From an uncultured Planctomycetaceae bacterium (lineage in GTDB: Bacteria > Planctomycetota > Planctomycetia > Pirellulales > PALSA-1355): 64,000 nt of DNA. The DNA is taken from the NCBI GenBank assembly GCA_963785305.1, contig CAWAUV010000007.1, positions 1,280,001-1,344,000 on the forward strand. The letters run 5' to 3'. The notes beneath the pieces were generated by a model. It did no database searches, was not told the DNA's origin, and saw only the letters and a list, made by a program, of their open reading frames with translations. A program made the translations under genes and the position numbers. Positions 43,428 to 53,097 of the stretch are shown here, in pieces. Within the stretch, counting starts at the first letter, position 1, and the number at the start of each line of letters is the position of its first letter.

Positions 43428-46400
43428 ATGTTTCGCTTGCGATGTTGGAGAGCGGGTTGGTGTTTCGCGTTGGGATTGGCGCTGCTCGCCAACGGGGCCA
43501 ATTCGCTCTGGGCGGGCGAGAAGGAAGAGCTTTTCGCGGCGTTTGACAAGGCGACGAAGCTTGCGGCCAAAGCCGACTATGCGGCTGCGGCGGCTCAGTA
43601 CGAACGAGCGTTAGCACTCGCGCCGCGCGTGTTCGGCCCCGACGCGGAAAACACCGCGGCGATCCTTAACAACCTAGCGGCCTTGTACGACGACATGGGC
43701 CAATACGCGAAAGCCGAGCCGCTTTACCAGCGCAGCCTCAATATCCGCGAGGCCAAACTGGGACCCGATCACCCCGACGTGGCAGCCGGCCTCAACAACT
43801 TGGCGATCCTGTATAAGGCCATGGGCCAATACGCGAAAGCCGAGCCGCTTTACCAGCGCGGCCTCAAGATCCGCGAGGCCAAGCTGGGACCCGATCACCC
43901 CCTTGTGGCCGACAGCTTCAACAACTTGGCGATCCTGTATATGGCCATGGGCCAATACGCGAAAGCCGAGCCGCTTTACCAGCGCGGCCTCAAGATCAAA
44001 GAGGCCAAGCTGGGCCCCGATCACCCCCTTGTGGCCGACAGCCTCAACAACTTGGCGATCCTGTATAAGGACATGGGCCAATACGCGAAAGCCGAGCCGC
44101 TCTACCAGCGCGGCCTCAAGATTTACGAGGCCAAGCTGGGACCCGATCACCCCCTTGTGGCCGACAGCCTCAACAACTTGGCGTCCCTGTACGTCGACAC
44201 GGGCCAATACGCGAAAGCCGAGCCGCTCTACCAGCGCAGCCTCAAGATTTACGAGGCCAAGCTCGGACCCGATCACCCCCTTGTGGCCGCCAGCCTCAAC
44301 AACTTGGCGTCCCTGTACGTCGACATGGGCCAATACGCGAAAGCCGAGCCGCTCTACCAGCGCAGCCTCAAGATTTACGAGGCCAAGCTCGGACCCGATC
44401 ACCCCGATGTGGCCGCCAGCCTCAACAACTTGGCGATCCTGTACGACGACATGGGCCAATACGCGAAAGCCGAGCCGCTTTACCAGCGCGGCCTCAAGAT
44501 CCGCGAGGCCAAGCTGGGACCCGATCACCCCGACGTGGCCGCCGGCCTCAACAACTTGGCGAACCTGTACGTCCACATGAGCCAATACGCGAAAGCCGAG
44601 CCGCTTTACCAGCGCGGCCTCAAGATCAAAGAGGCCAAGCTGGGACCCGATCACGCCCTTGTGGCCGCCAGCCTCAACAACTTGGCGATCCTGTATAAGG
44701 CCATGGGCCAATACCCGAAAGCCGAGCCGCTTTACCAGCGCAGCCTCAATATCCGCGAGGCCAAGCTGGGACCCGATCACCCCCTTGTGGCCGACAGCCT
44801 CAACAACTTGGCCTGGCTCCACCAATCGCTGGGCCAATTCGACGACGCGGCCCGCGAATTTGACCTCATGCGGCGGATCGTGCGCCGGCATGTGGCCGAA
44901 GTGCTGCCGGTCTTGACCGAGCGCGAACAGCTTACGTTCATCCAGCACAACGACGAAACTTACTTCCACTGCGCGCTCTCCTTCGGCCGGCTGCATCGCG
45001 AGCAGCAGGCTCTGGCGGCCGAGTCGGCCGGTTGGCTGGTCAATGGCAAGGCGGTCGTGCAGGAATCGCTCGCCGAGCGGATGCTACTCGCCCGCGATAG
45101 CCACGATCCGGCGGTGGCCGCCAAGAGCAAGCAGCTCACCGCCCTGCGCACCGAACTAGCCGGTCTGAGCCAAACAATGCCCAAGCCGGGCCAGGAAGCC
45201 GCGCATCGCCGCAAGCTGGCCGAGCTCTCGGGCCAAGAGCAAGAACTGGCCAGGCAAGTGAATCAGGCCGTCGGTCGGCCGGTCCACGAAAACCCCTGGA
45301 TCGATCCGGCCGCCGTGCGCGGCGCCTTGGCCGCCGACGCCGTGCTGGTCGATATCGCCCGCTTCCGGCCCTATATCTTCGAGTCCAAGGGAAATGAAGA
45401 GCACTGGCGCCCCGCTCGCTACGTGGCCTGGATCACGCCGCCGGCCGGCAAGGGGAATATCGAGATCGTGGACCTGGGCGCGGCCGAGGAGATCGACGAG
45501 GCGATCGAGGCGGTCCGACAGGCAATCGAGCAGTCGGCGATGCATATCAAGCAGCCGGCCAACGACGAGGAGCCGGCCGAGCGGGCGGCCCTGGTTCCAA
45601 TCACCAAGCTGGCGGCTTTGGTGCTCGATCCGCTCAAGGTCCATCTGACCGACGCGAAGGAGCTTGTGCTCAGTCCCGACTCGAACTTGTGGCTGGTTCC
45701 CTGGGCGGCATTGCCGGTGGAGGAAGGCGAGTACGCGATCGAGCGGTGGCGGATTCGCTATGTCACCAGCGGCCGCGACTTGGTGACCGAGCAGCTTGTC
45801 AGCCAGAGCGCGCGGCGCAAGCATAGTGGCCCGCTGATCTTCGCCGATCCGGATTACAATCTCGATAGCAAGGGCTTGCTGGCGGCGACCCGCGCCGTGC
45901 TGCGCGGCAAGGAAACGCAGCTAGATTTGCGCGGCGCGGTGGGCCGCTCGGAGAGCTGGCGTTTGCGGGTGAACCGTCTGCCCGCCACGGCGACCGAGGC
46001 CCTGCTGATTACGCCGGCGCTTCGGAGCTATGCCCATGAATCGCCGACGCTTTACAGCGAGCAGTTCGCGCTCGAAGGCGTGCTCAAGTTTGTCGAGTCC
46101 CCGCAGGTGCTGGTGTTGAGCACGCACGGCTATTACCAGCCCGACCAGGAAGTGAAGCGCGACGATAAAGCGGCGGGGCTGGCCGCGGGCGACGACTTGG
46201 CCGGCGGCAAGCGTGGCGCGCTGCTGGCCAGCGACGGCCAGCCGTTGGAAAACCCGCTCTTGCGCTGCGGGCTGCTCTTGGCCGGCTGCAACAACCCGCC
46301 CACGGGCGACGTGGACGACGGTGTGGTGACCGGCATGGAGATCGTGGGCTGCGATCTGCGCGGGGCCGAGCTCGTGGTGCTGAGCGCCTGCCAGACCGGC

Positions 46401-46670
46401 CTGGGCGATGTGCGCAACGGCGAAGGCGTCGCCGGGCTGCGGCAAGCGTTTCAGTTGGCCGGAGCGCGGGCCGTGGTTTCGACACTCTGGCGGATTCCCG
46501 ACACCGAGTCGGCCAAACTGATGGGTGATTTTTTCAACAACTTGGCGGCCGGCCAGCCGAAAGTCGCGGCCCTGGCCAACGCCCAACTCGCGGCGATCAA
46601 GGCGCGCCGGCAGACGCGCGAGGCCGCCCACCCTTATTTTTGGGCGGCGTTTACGATCACGGGGAATTAG
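43428..46670 (+). CDS. Exported TPR-CHAT protease 2 with near-identical 42-aa TPR array
   Basis: RBS AGGAGG, leader MFRLRCWRAGWCFALGLALLANGANSLWA, TPR array. LVLSTHGYY and VVLSACQTG. Confidence 0.93.
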   Translation: MFRLRCWRAGWCFALGLALLANGANSLWAGEKEELFAAFDKATKLAAKADYAAAAAQYERALALAPRVFGPDAENTAAILNNLAALYDDMGQYAKAEPLYQRSLNIREAKLGPDHPDVAAGLNNLAILYKAMGQYAKAEPLYQRGLKIREAKLGPDHPLVADSFNNLAILYMAMGQYAKAEPLYQRGLKIKEAKLGPDHPLVADSLNNLAILYKDMGQYAKAEPLYQRGLKIYEAKLGPDHPLVADSLNNLASLYVDTGQYAKAEPLYQRSLKIYEAKLGPDHPLVAASLNNLASLYVDMGQYAKAEPLYQRSLKIYEAKLGPDHPDVAASLNNLAILYDDMGQYAKAEPLYQRGLKIREAKLGPDHPDVAAGLNNLANLYVHMSQYAKAEPLYQRGLKIKEAKLGPDHALVAASLNNLAILYKAMGQYPKAEPLYQRSLNIREAKLGPDHPLVADSLNNLAWLHQSLGQFDDAAREFDLMRRIVRRHVAEVLPVLTEREQLTFIQHNDETYFHCALSFGRLHREQQALAAESAGWLVNGKAVVQESLAERMLLARDSHDPAVAAKSKQLTALRTELAGLSQTMPKPGQEAAHRRKLAELSGQEQELARQVNQAVGRPVHENPWIDPAAVRGALAADAVLVDIARFRPYIFESKGNEEHWRPARYVAWITPPAGKGNIEIVDLGAAEEIDEAIEAVRQAIEQSAMHIKQPANDEEPAERAALVPITKLAALVLDPLKVHLTDAKELVLSPDSNLWLVPWAALPVEEGEYAIERWRIRYVTSGRDLVTEQLVSQSARRKHSGPLIFADPDYNLDSKGLLAATRAVLRGKETQLDLRGAVGRSESWRLRVNRLPATATEALLITPALRSYAHESPTLYSEQFALEGVLKFVESPQVLVLSTHGYYQPDQEVKRDDKAAGLAAGDDLAGGKRGALLASDGQPLENPLLRCGLLLAGCNNPPTGDVDDGVVTGMEIVGCDLRGAELVVLSACQTGLGDVRNGEGVAGLRQAFQLAGARAVVSTLWRIPDTESAKLMGDFFNNLAAGQPKVAALANAQLAAIKARRQTREAAHPYFWAAFTITGN
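43665..44850 (+). repeat. Nine near-identical 126-bp coding repeats plus a divergent tenth
   Basis: GCCAATAC(G/C)CGAAAGCCGAGCCG recurs every 126 bp. Unit LNNLAxLYxxMGQYAKAEPLYQRxLxIxEAKLGPDHPxVAxx. Confidence 0.95.
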
Positions 46671-46714
46671 GAGCGGCGGGCAGCGAGGATTTCTTAACGC
46701 GGTGGCCCCGCAGG

Positions 46715-46741
46715 TCGCCCCGGCGTCGGTTTTTCGTCGCT
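46715..46741 (+). promoter_or_regulatory. Candidate ECF-type promoter motif, site 2 (upstream of TPR-CHAT 3)
   Basis: TCGCCCC-ggcgtcggttt-TTCGTCGCT. Confidence 0.55.
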
Positions 46742-46849
46742 TTGAGAAGTAGCGGTTCGCGCGTCGTTCGTAAAAGCGGCGGAATTAAATACCAGCGGGT
46801 CGGCTCTTAGGAAAATCCATTCGGGCACGAAGACGCCGAGGAGCATCTC

Positions 46850-49711
46850 ATGTCGACCAAATCGTCGTTCCGATTCGCGCGAGCGTTCGCGTTCGCGGTG
46901 ATCCTCGCGATTCTCGCGCTGGCCCCGTCAAGTTTCGCGATTGCGCAAGATTGGCCGGAAAAGCTCCGCGACCTTGTCAATCAAGCCACCAATCTCCGTG
47001 GCCATGGCGAGTTTCAAAAAGCGCTCGAGGTCTTCGACCAAGCGTATCAAATGTCGAGCCGTTTGAATGGCCTCAGCGCCATGACCCAGGGCATCCAGGG
47101 CGAAATCGGCTCGGTTTATATGCTGATGGGCGACTACGCGCGGGCCGAGGAATTCGTCGATCGCACGATCAAGTATTGCGAAGCGAACTTGGCGCCGCGG
47201 GGCGAAATGTTCCTGCTCAGCGTCGAGCTCATTTATCTCGCGCGGATTTATATGGAAACAAGTCGCGAGGTTCAAGCGGAGCCTTTACTGCTGCGTTCCC
47301 TGAAAATCCGGCAGGCCATGCTCGGCGCCAACGACGTGAACCTGTCCACCGCGCTCGGTTGCCTCGGCGACCTTTACTTGCGCTTGCATCAATACGCCAA
47401 GGCGGAAAGCGCGTTCGAGCGCTGCCTCACGATCCGGGAGGCTTCGCTCGGACGCGATCATGTGGGGGTCGCCGAGTGCCTCGGTTCGCTCGCCAACGCG
47501 CGAAGGAGCCTCGAGAAATTCGATCAGGCCGAGGCCGACTACCAGCGCGCGATCAAGATCATCGAAACCAACCTCGGCCCCGATCATTTTGAGTTGGCGA
47601 CACTCTATATGAACCTAAGCGAGCTGCTGTTTCTCACCGGCCGCGTCGACGACGCTTTCGCCATGATGGATCGCAGCGCGAGCATCGCCGAGAAATCGCT
47701 GGGCCCGCGACATCCCAGCGTCGCGGATATCCTGACCGCCCAGGCGCTGGATAGTCTGAAGCGTCCGTGGCTCAATCTGCCGCTCGCGGAGCGGCGGCTG
47801 GCTCAGGCGCTGGAGATTCGCCAAGCGATCTTCGGCCCCGATTCGCCGAAAACCGCGCAAACGCTGGTCCTCCAAGCGATCGTTGCTTGGAAAAAGAACG
47901 ATATCGAGCAGGCCGCCGAGCTCTTCGATCGCACTCGCCACATCACGCGCCGCCACGAAGGCACGGTGCTGCCGGGACTGAGCGAGCAGCAACAACTGCG
48001 GTTCCTGACGGGCGACGAATTTGATTTTGGTTCCGTGCTCACGATCGGCGCCATGAAGCCGAGCGCCATGTCCTACGCTTGGCTGCTCAATCGCAAGGGG
48101 ATTTCGCGACAGATTCTGGCCGAGCGAGCGCTGCTGGCTCGCGATAGCATCGATCCGGCGTTGGCCGGGGCGGTGAAGGACTTGGCGGCGCTGCGAAAGC
48201 AGCTCGCCGAACTGAGTCTCGCGCAGCCAAGCCCGGCGGAAGCGGCCGCCCACCAGAAGCGCATCACCGTACTGGCCGATCAAGAGGAAGAGCTGACCCG
48301 CCAGATTAATGCTCGCGCCAGTCGTTCGTCGCATGCCAGCCAGTGGATGGAAACATCCGCCGTGCAAGCGGCGCTGGCCAAGAACGCGGTGTTGATCGAC
48401 ATCGTGCGCTACCGGCCGCAAGACGTGACTCACTTCCTCGAACAACAAGGATATCTGCCGGCTCGCTATGTGGCGTGGATCATTCCTCCGGCTCCGGTCG
48501 GCGAACAGGCGGCGCAAGCGATTCAAGTCGTCGACCTGGGCGACGCGGCCGCTATCGACGCCGAAGTGGCCAAGGCTCGCAAAGCGATCGAGAAAACCGC
48601 CAGTGGCCTAAAAAAGCCCGACGACGAGCACGACGCCGAACAACGCGCGCTCGAGCCGCTACGAGCCTTGTCGACGCTACTGCTGAAACCGCTGGAGCCG
48701 CATTTGGCGGGCATCAACCAATTGGTGCTCTCGCCCGACTCGACCCTTTGGCTGGTTCCCTGGTCGGCGCTTCCGGTCGACGACGAACACTACGCCTTGG
48801 AGCGTTGGCAGATCCGGTTCGTCACCAGCGGTCGCGATCTGGCGGCCGAACAGAACGACGCGGCGAATGGGCCGACAAGTCTCACCAGTCCCTGCGTATT
48901 CGCCGATCCCGACTACGATCTCAACGGACAGGGCGCCATCGCGGCTACCCGGGCCGTGACCCGCGGCAAGGAAATCGCGATCGCAACGCGGGGCTTCACT
49001 CGCTCGTCAAGCGGCTTGGCCAAGGCGCCGCGGCTTCCCGGCACGGCCGTCGAGGCCGATCTCATCGCCCCGGCGCTGGAGGCGTATGCACGCGCCAAGC
49101 CGCTGGTCTATAAAAATGAATACGGGTTGGAAGGCGTGCTGAAGCTCGTGCATTCGCCGAGCGTGCTCTCGCTCAGCACGCATGGTTATTATCTGCCCGA
49201 TCAGGAACCGGCTGGTCAAGATCCAGCGGGCCAACTCGCGTCGGGCCAGCCGCGACCGGCGCTTTCATCGAGCGGCGGTCCGCTGGAGAATCCCCTGCTC
49301 CGCTGCGGCTTGCTTCTGGCCGGCTGCAACCAACGGCAAACGAATCCCAATTATGATGACGGAGTGCTCACCGGCATGGAGATCGTGAGCTGCGACTTGC
49401 GCGGCACGGAGCTCGTGGTTCTCGGCGCGTGCCAGACCGGCCTCGGCGATGTGCGCGATGGCGAAGGCGTCGCGGGGTTGCGGCAAGCGTTTCAATTGGC
49501 CGGCGCCAAGGCCGTGGTCTCGACGCTTTGGCGTATTCCAGACGCGGCGACCGCCCAGTTGATGGGTGATTTTTTCAAGAACCTCGCCGCTGGTCAGTCA
49601 AAAACCGCGGCCCTGGCCAACGCCCAGCTCGCGGCGATCAAGGACCGCCGGCAGACGCGCGAGGCCGCGCATCCGTATTTTTGGGCCGCATTTACCCTCA
49701 CCGGCAATTAA
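46850..49711 (+). CDS. Exported TPR-CHAT protease 3
   Basis: Intact 953-aa ORF. Signal peptide ...AFAFAVILAILALAPSSFAIAQ, TPRs, LSLSTHGYY and VVLGACQTG. Confidence 0.93.
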   Translation: MSTKSSFRFARAFAFAVILAILALAPSSFAIAQDWPEKLRDLVNQATNLRGHGEFQKALEVFDQAYQMSSRLNGLSAMTQGIQGEIGSVYMLMGDYARAEEFVDRTIKYCEANLAPRGEMFLLSVELIYLARIYMETSREVQAEPLLLRSLKIRQAMLGANDVNLSTALGCLGDLYLRLHQYAKAESAFERCLTIREASLGRDHVGVAECLGSLANARRSLEKFDQAEADYQRAIKIIETNLGPDHFELATLYMNLSELLFLTGRVDDAFAMMDRSASIAEKSLGPRHPSVADILTAQALDSLKRPWLNLPLAERRLAQALEIRQAIFGPDSPKTAQTLVLQAIVAWKKNDIEQAAELFDRTRHITRRHEGTVLPGLSEQQQLRFLTGDEFDFGSVLTIGAMKPSAMSYAWLLNRKGISRQILAERALLARDSIDPALAGAVKDLAALRKQLAELSLAQPSPAEAAAHQKRITVLADQEEELTRQINARASRSSHASQWMETSAVQAALAKNAVLIDIVRYRPQDVTHFLEQQGYLPARYVAWIIPPAPVGEQAAQAIQVVDLGDAAAIDAEVAKARKAIEKTASGLKKPDDEHDAEQRALEPLRALSTLLLKPLEPHLAGINQLVLSPDSTLWLVPWSALPVDDEHYALERWQIRFVTSGRDLAAEQNDAANGPTSLTSPCVFADPDYDLNGQGAIAATRAVTRGKEIAIATRGFTRSSSGLAKAPRLPGTAVEADLIAPALEAYARAKPLVYKNEYGLEGVLKLVHSPSVLSLSTHGYYLPDQEPAGQDPAGQLASGQPRPALSSSGGPLENPLLRCGLLLAGCNQRQTNPNYDDGVLTGMEIVSCDLRGTELVVLGACQTGLGDVRDGEGVAGLRQAFQLAGAKAVVSTLWRIPDAATAQLMGDFFKNLAAGQSKTAALANAQLAAIKDRRQTREAAHPYFWAAFTLTGN

Positions 49712-49848
49712 AATTTTGTTTGTCGATCATCAGGTATCCGCTCGTCCGGTTCTTCCCGTCGCGTGCGGGGGGCATGACCGACCGATGGCCGCTACCACCC
49801 CCAACCCGGGGGGGCAGGACTTTGGAACAGAAAAATCTTCCCGCCGCG

Positions 49849-49876
49849 GCGCCCCGAACTCCCGCCGCGGGCCGCT
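49849..49876 (+). promoter_or_regulatory. Candidate ECF-type promoter motif, site 3 (upstream of caspase-like 2)
   Basis: GCGCCCC-gaactcccgccg-CGGGCCGCT. Confidence 0.45.
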
Positions 49877-49999
49877 TAGTAAATTGGCCGACGCCTCGCC
49901 CGCGAAGGGCGCCCCCGGTCAGCCGACCCGGAAGCAAGAACAGCGTTCGAGCCGTCAGGGCGAAAACTAACCAACCCACTTGATCGAGGAGCGACTTCC

Positions 50000-52086
50000 A
50001 TGAACTACATGCGACATCAACATGGCCGGGGCGTTCGGCGCCAAAAGTTCGCGCCGGTTGTTTGGCTGGCGCTGGCGCTCGCGCGACCGGCGGCTTGGCG
50101 CAGCTTTCCGCCACATCGTCTTACGCCGCCGATGAGAAGCCCAACCAACAATGGGCGATCCTGATCGGCATCGAACACTACGAGAAAGCGAACCCGCTGG
50201 TGTTCACCATCAACGACGTGTCGCGGCTCGCCGACACCCTGCGGATGCGCGGTGGATATCGCCGCGACAACATGCTCGAGCTTCGCGACGACGCCGTGAA
50301 GGCGGCCCTGGCGCCGAACAAAACCAACATCATGGACGCATTGTCGAGCTTCCTGCAAAAGCCGGGTCCCAACGACACGGTGCTGGTGTTTTTCAGCGGA
50401 CACGGCTTCCGCGACAAGGAAAACAAAATGTATCTGGCGCCGATCGACTGCGATCCCGCCAACGCCGCGGCGACCGGTATTCCCGTCGCCTGGTTCCGCG
50501 ATCAAATCGCGGCCTGCAAGGCGAACTTCAAACTGCTTGTGCTCGACGCGTGCCACGCTGGCTCGGAAAAAGGCGAGGGCCCGGCTGAAAACATGGGGGC
50601 CAAGGACCTGGAATCCTTCCGCGATCTCGAGGGCGTGGTAACGATCGCCAGTTCGACAGCCGATCAGAAGAGCCAAATCTGGGACGACAAGCAACAGTCG
50701 CTGTTCAGCTATTGGCTCAACGAGGGACTCAAGGGCCATGCCGACTCCGACGGCAACGGCGAAGTGGATATCGACGAGCTCAACAAATACGTGCATCGCA
50801 ATGTGACCGCCACGGCCAAACGCCGCTTTCCGCGCCCACAAACCCCGGTGCGAATCGTGCGCACCGGATCGCCGGGTTCGCCGGTCGTGCTGCGTCTGAA
50901 GCCGCAGCCGCTCAAGCAGGTGCTCAATGACATGGCCGGCCAATTGGCCGATGCGATGGAAGAAAACAAGTTGGGCCGGGTCGGCGTGCTCGAATTCACG
51001 AATGAGACCAAGCTCGGCGAACTGCTCGGCGCCGATTTCGGCCTCCTCGGACGCTACTGCGCCGAGGAACTCGAACACCGCCTGGTCGACCAAGGCGACC
51101 ATCGCTTCGGAGTGCTCGACCAGCGCAGGCTCCAGCAAGCGCTGCGGGCTCAAAAGTTCACGCTCGCCGATCTCGGTTCGGGCGATTCGCTGAAGCTCCT
51201 CGCCAGCAAAACCGGCAGTTTGCCCGCGATCGCCCAAGGCACGCTCCGCAGCCGCAAGGGACGCGTCGTGACCCTGCAATGCAAGTTGCTGCAAACCGAC
51301 AGCGACGATTTGGCCGGCGCCGTCGGCGGTTCGGCGGTGCTCGACGAATCGGAATGGGCGATGCTCGGCAAGAGCGCGTCGCTCGTGTCGGAAGCTCGCA
51401 AGCCGGCCCAGCCGGATCCGCTGGAAACGCCGGAACAGCACGACGCCGCCGTCGTGCATGAACTGGACGAAGCCGCCCAGGGACCGCATCCGCTGGCCGA
51501 TCCCAAGTTCCCCTTCCGCGTGAGGTTCCTTGTCAACGGCAAGGAACGCAAGGGCGTGTTCAAGGGCAACGATTACTTTATCCCGGTCCGCAAGGGCGAA
51601 ATCTATGAACTGGGCATCGATAACAACAGCAACAACCCGGCGATGATGCGTCTGCTCGTCGATGGGCTCAACACGTTGCCCGAGCGGGAAAAAACGAAGG
51701 GCATCGAGACCTGGCTCATCGGCAAACGCGTCAACCTCTCCGAGGCCCGCGCTTCGGCGATCGAAGCTCAAAAGAAATATCTTGTCCGCGGCTGGGTAAC
51801 CCAAACCGGCGCCAACGGCAAGATGGACCAATTCGTGATCGAAGACGCCGATAAATCGCTGGCCGCCCGACAGAATTTCAGCGAGAATATCGGGCTCATT
51901 ACCGTGGCCTTCTACGAGAGGCAGATGGACTACTCCCGCGGCACGACGGGCTCCATGTTCGGCACGGGTCGCGGGCAAGAGCTTTCGGGCAACCTGCAAG
52001 AGGTCAATGCCCGCTGCGGCGAGTTGCTCGGCGTGGTCAATATCCGCTATGTCGACGCCGACACGTTCTCAGGACAGCAGAACTAG
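50000..52086 (+). CDS. Exported caspase-like (peptidase C14) protein 2 with central FlgO/CsgG-like and C-terminal beta domains, frameshift near 50083
   Basis: GAGGAG RBS, ATG 50000 (MNYMRHQHGRGVRRQKFAPVVWLALALA), continuing in ORF 50062-52086. FFSGHG, VLDACHAG, EF-hand DSDGNGEVDIDE, then RVGVLEF...AEELEHRL...F.VLDQRRL. Confidence 0.88.
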
Positions 52087-52092
52087 TCGACG

Positions 52093-52129
52093 CCTAGCAG
52101 CCTGTTGAATATTTAAACAGGCCGCTAGG
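52093..52129. terminator. 37-bp near-perfect palindrome between convergent genes
   Basis: CCTAGCAGCCTGTTGAATATTTAAACAGGCCGCTAGG. Confidence 0.6.
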
Positions 52130-52294
52130 AAACATGGAACCGAACCTCGCCTGGAATCGGCGAAGACCAAGTTAAGCGGCCAGACTCGCGATTGTGCGTG
52201 AGTCTGGCCGCTTTCGTTTTTAGCTCGACAGGGATCGAAGCACTGGCGCCCTTCGTCGCCGATGCCGATTCTCACTTCGCGCGATGGCTGACGG

Positions 52295-52938
52295 TTAAAA
52301 ATCCGGCAGCGTGTGTTGCAAGAGCTCGAAGAGCTTGAGCCGCGCCGAGCGCCAGCGGCGCTTGACGGTGCTCGGATCCACTTCCAGAATCGCGGCCGCG
52401 TCTTCTTGCGTCATCTCGTGGTAAAAGAGCAGATCGACGACCTGCCGCTCTTTTTCCGGCAGTTCGTTCACCACGCGATGAAACTCGGTCCACTGGGCCA
52501 GCCGCCGCGGCTCCAAGGTCGCGTCGCCGCTTTCGTGCATGGCGCCGTGTTGCGAATCGTCGGACGCGAATCCTGTCATGGCATGGGCCGGCGAACGATC
52601 GGGCGCGCGCTGCTCGCCCCGCGCGTCGTCGCGACGTCCGTAGTAGTGGCGAGCTAGGTCCTGGAGCTCTTGGCGGATCTTGAGCGCGGCGAGTCCGAAG
52701 AATTCCGGCGGCGAGCTCGGCGACACCTGCTCGAGGGCGCGATGCAGTCGCATCACGGCGTTTTGGGAAATGTCGGCGGTCTCTTCCCAATTGCGCAGGC
52801 GGTTATAATCGTCGAGCATCTTGCGGGTCAGCAGCGTCAGCCGCCGGCAGGCAAGCGCGACGAGCTCGTCTCGCGCCGCGGCGTCGCCGCGCGCGAGCGC
52901 TCGAGGCACATTCGGATGGCGACCGTGGTATCGTTCAT
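52295..52938 (-). CDS. ECF sigma-70 factor (kinase-associated type), frameshift near 52897
   Basis: MNDTTVAIRMCLER / LARGDAAARDEL...WEETADISQ (region 2)...LPEKERQVVDL.FY..MTQEDAAAIL.V...TVKRRWRSARLKL (region 4). Confidence 0.9.
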
Positions 52939-52990
52939 GGAGCTGCCACGCGCGTCGCCGCGCCCTTGGAATTCACGCGACTCTCGATCC

Positions 52991-53018
52991 ACGCCCCCGA
53001 ATGTTTGAATTCGCGGTT
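52991..53018 (+). promoter_or_regulatory. Candidate ECF-type promoter motif, site 4 (upstream of the kinase)
   Basis: ACGCCCC-cgaatgtttgaa-TTCGCGGTT. Confidence 0.4.
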
Positions 53019-53097
53019 ATTATAAAGCGCCGGTCGCCGCTGTCCAACGGCCGGCCCCCGGCTGCCTCGAACTTTATCCTCGGCGTTTCGGCGCCCC

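Noticed and set aside
43665..44850. CRISPR array (regular repeats next to CHAT proteases)
   Set aside because: The repeats are 126-bp in-frame coding TPR units with no unique spacers, and no cas genes are in the window.
50017..51999. Long antisense ORFs (660 aa here; also 43674-44996, 59357-60733 in another frame, 15874-17085 and others)
   Set aside because: Shadow frames of well-supported genes in GC-rich DNA, with no recognisable motifs.
53026..53052. Eighth promoter motif driving the ECF gene itself (minus strand GCCGT-N17-CGCT)
   Set aside because: Only 3 of 5 matches in the upstream element, too weak to call, though worth including in a motif scan.
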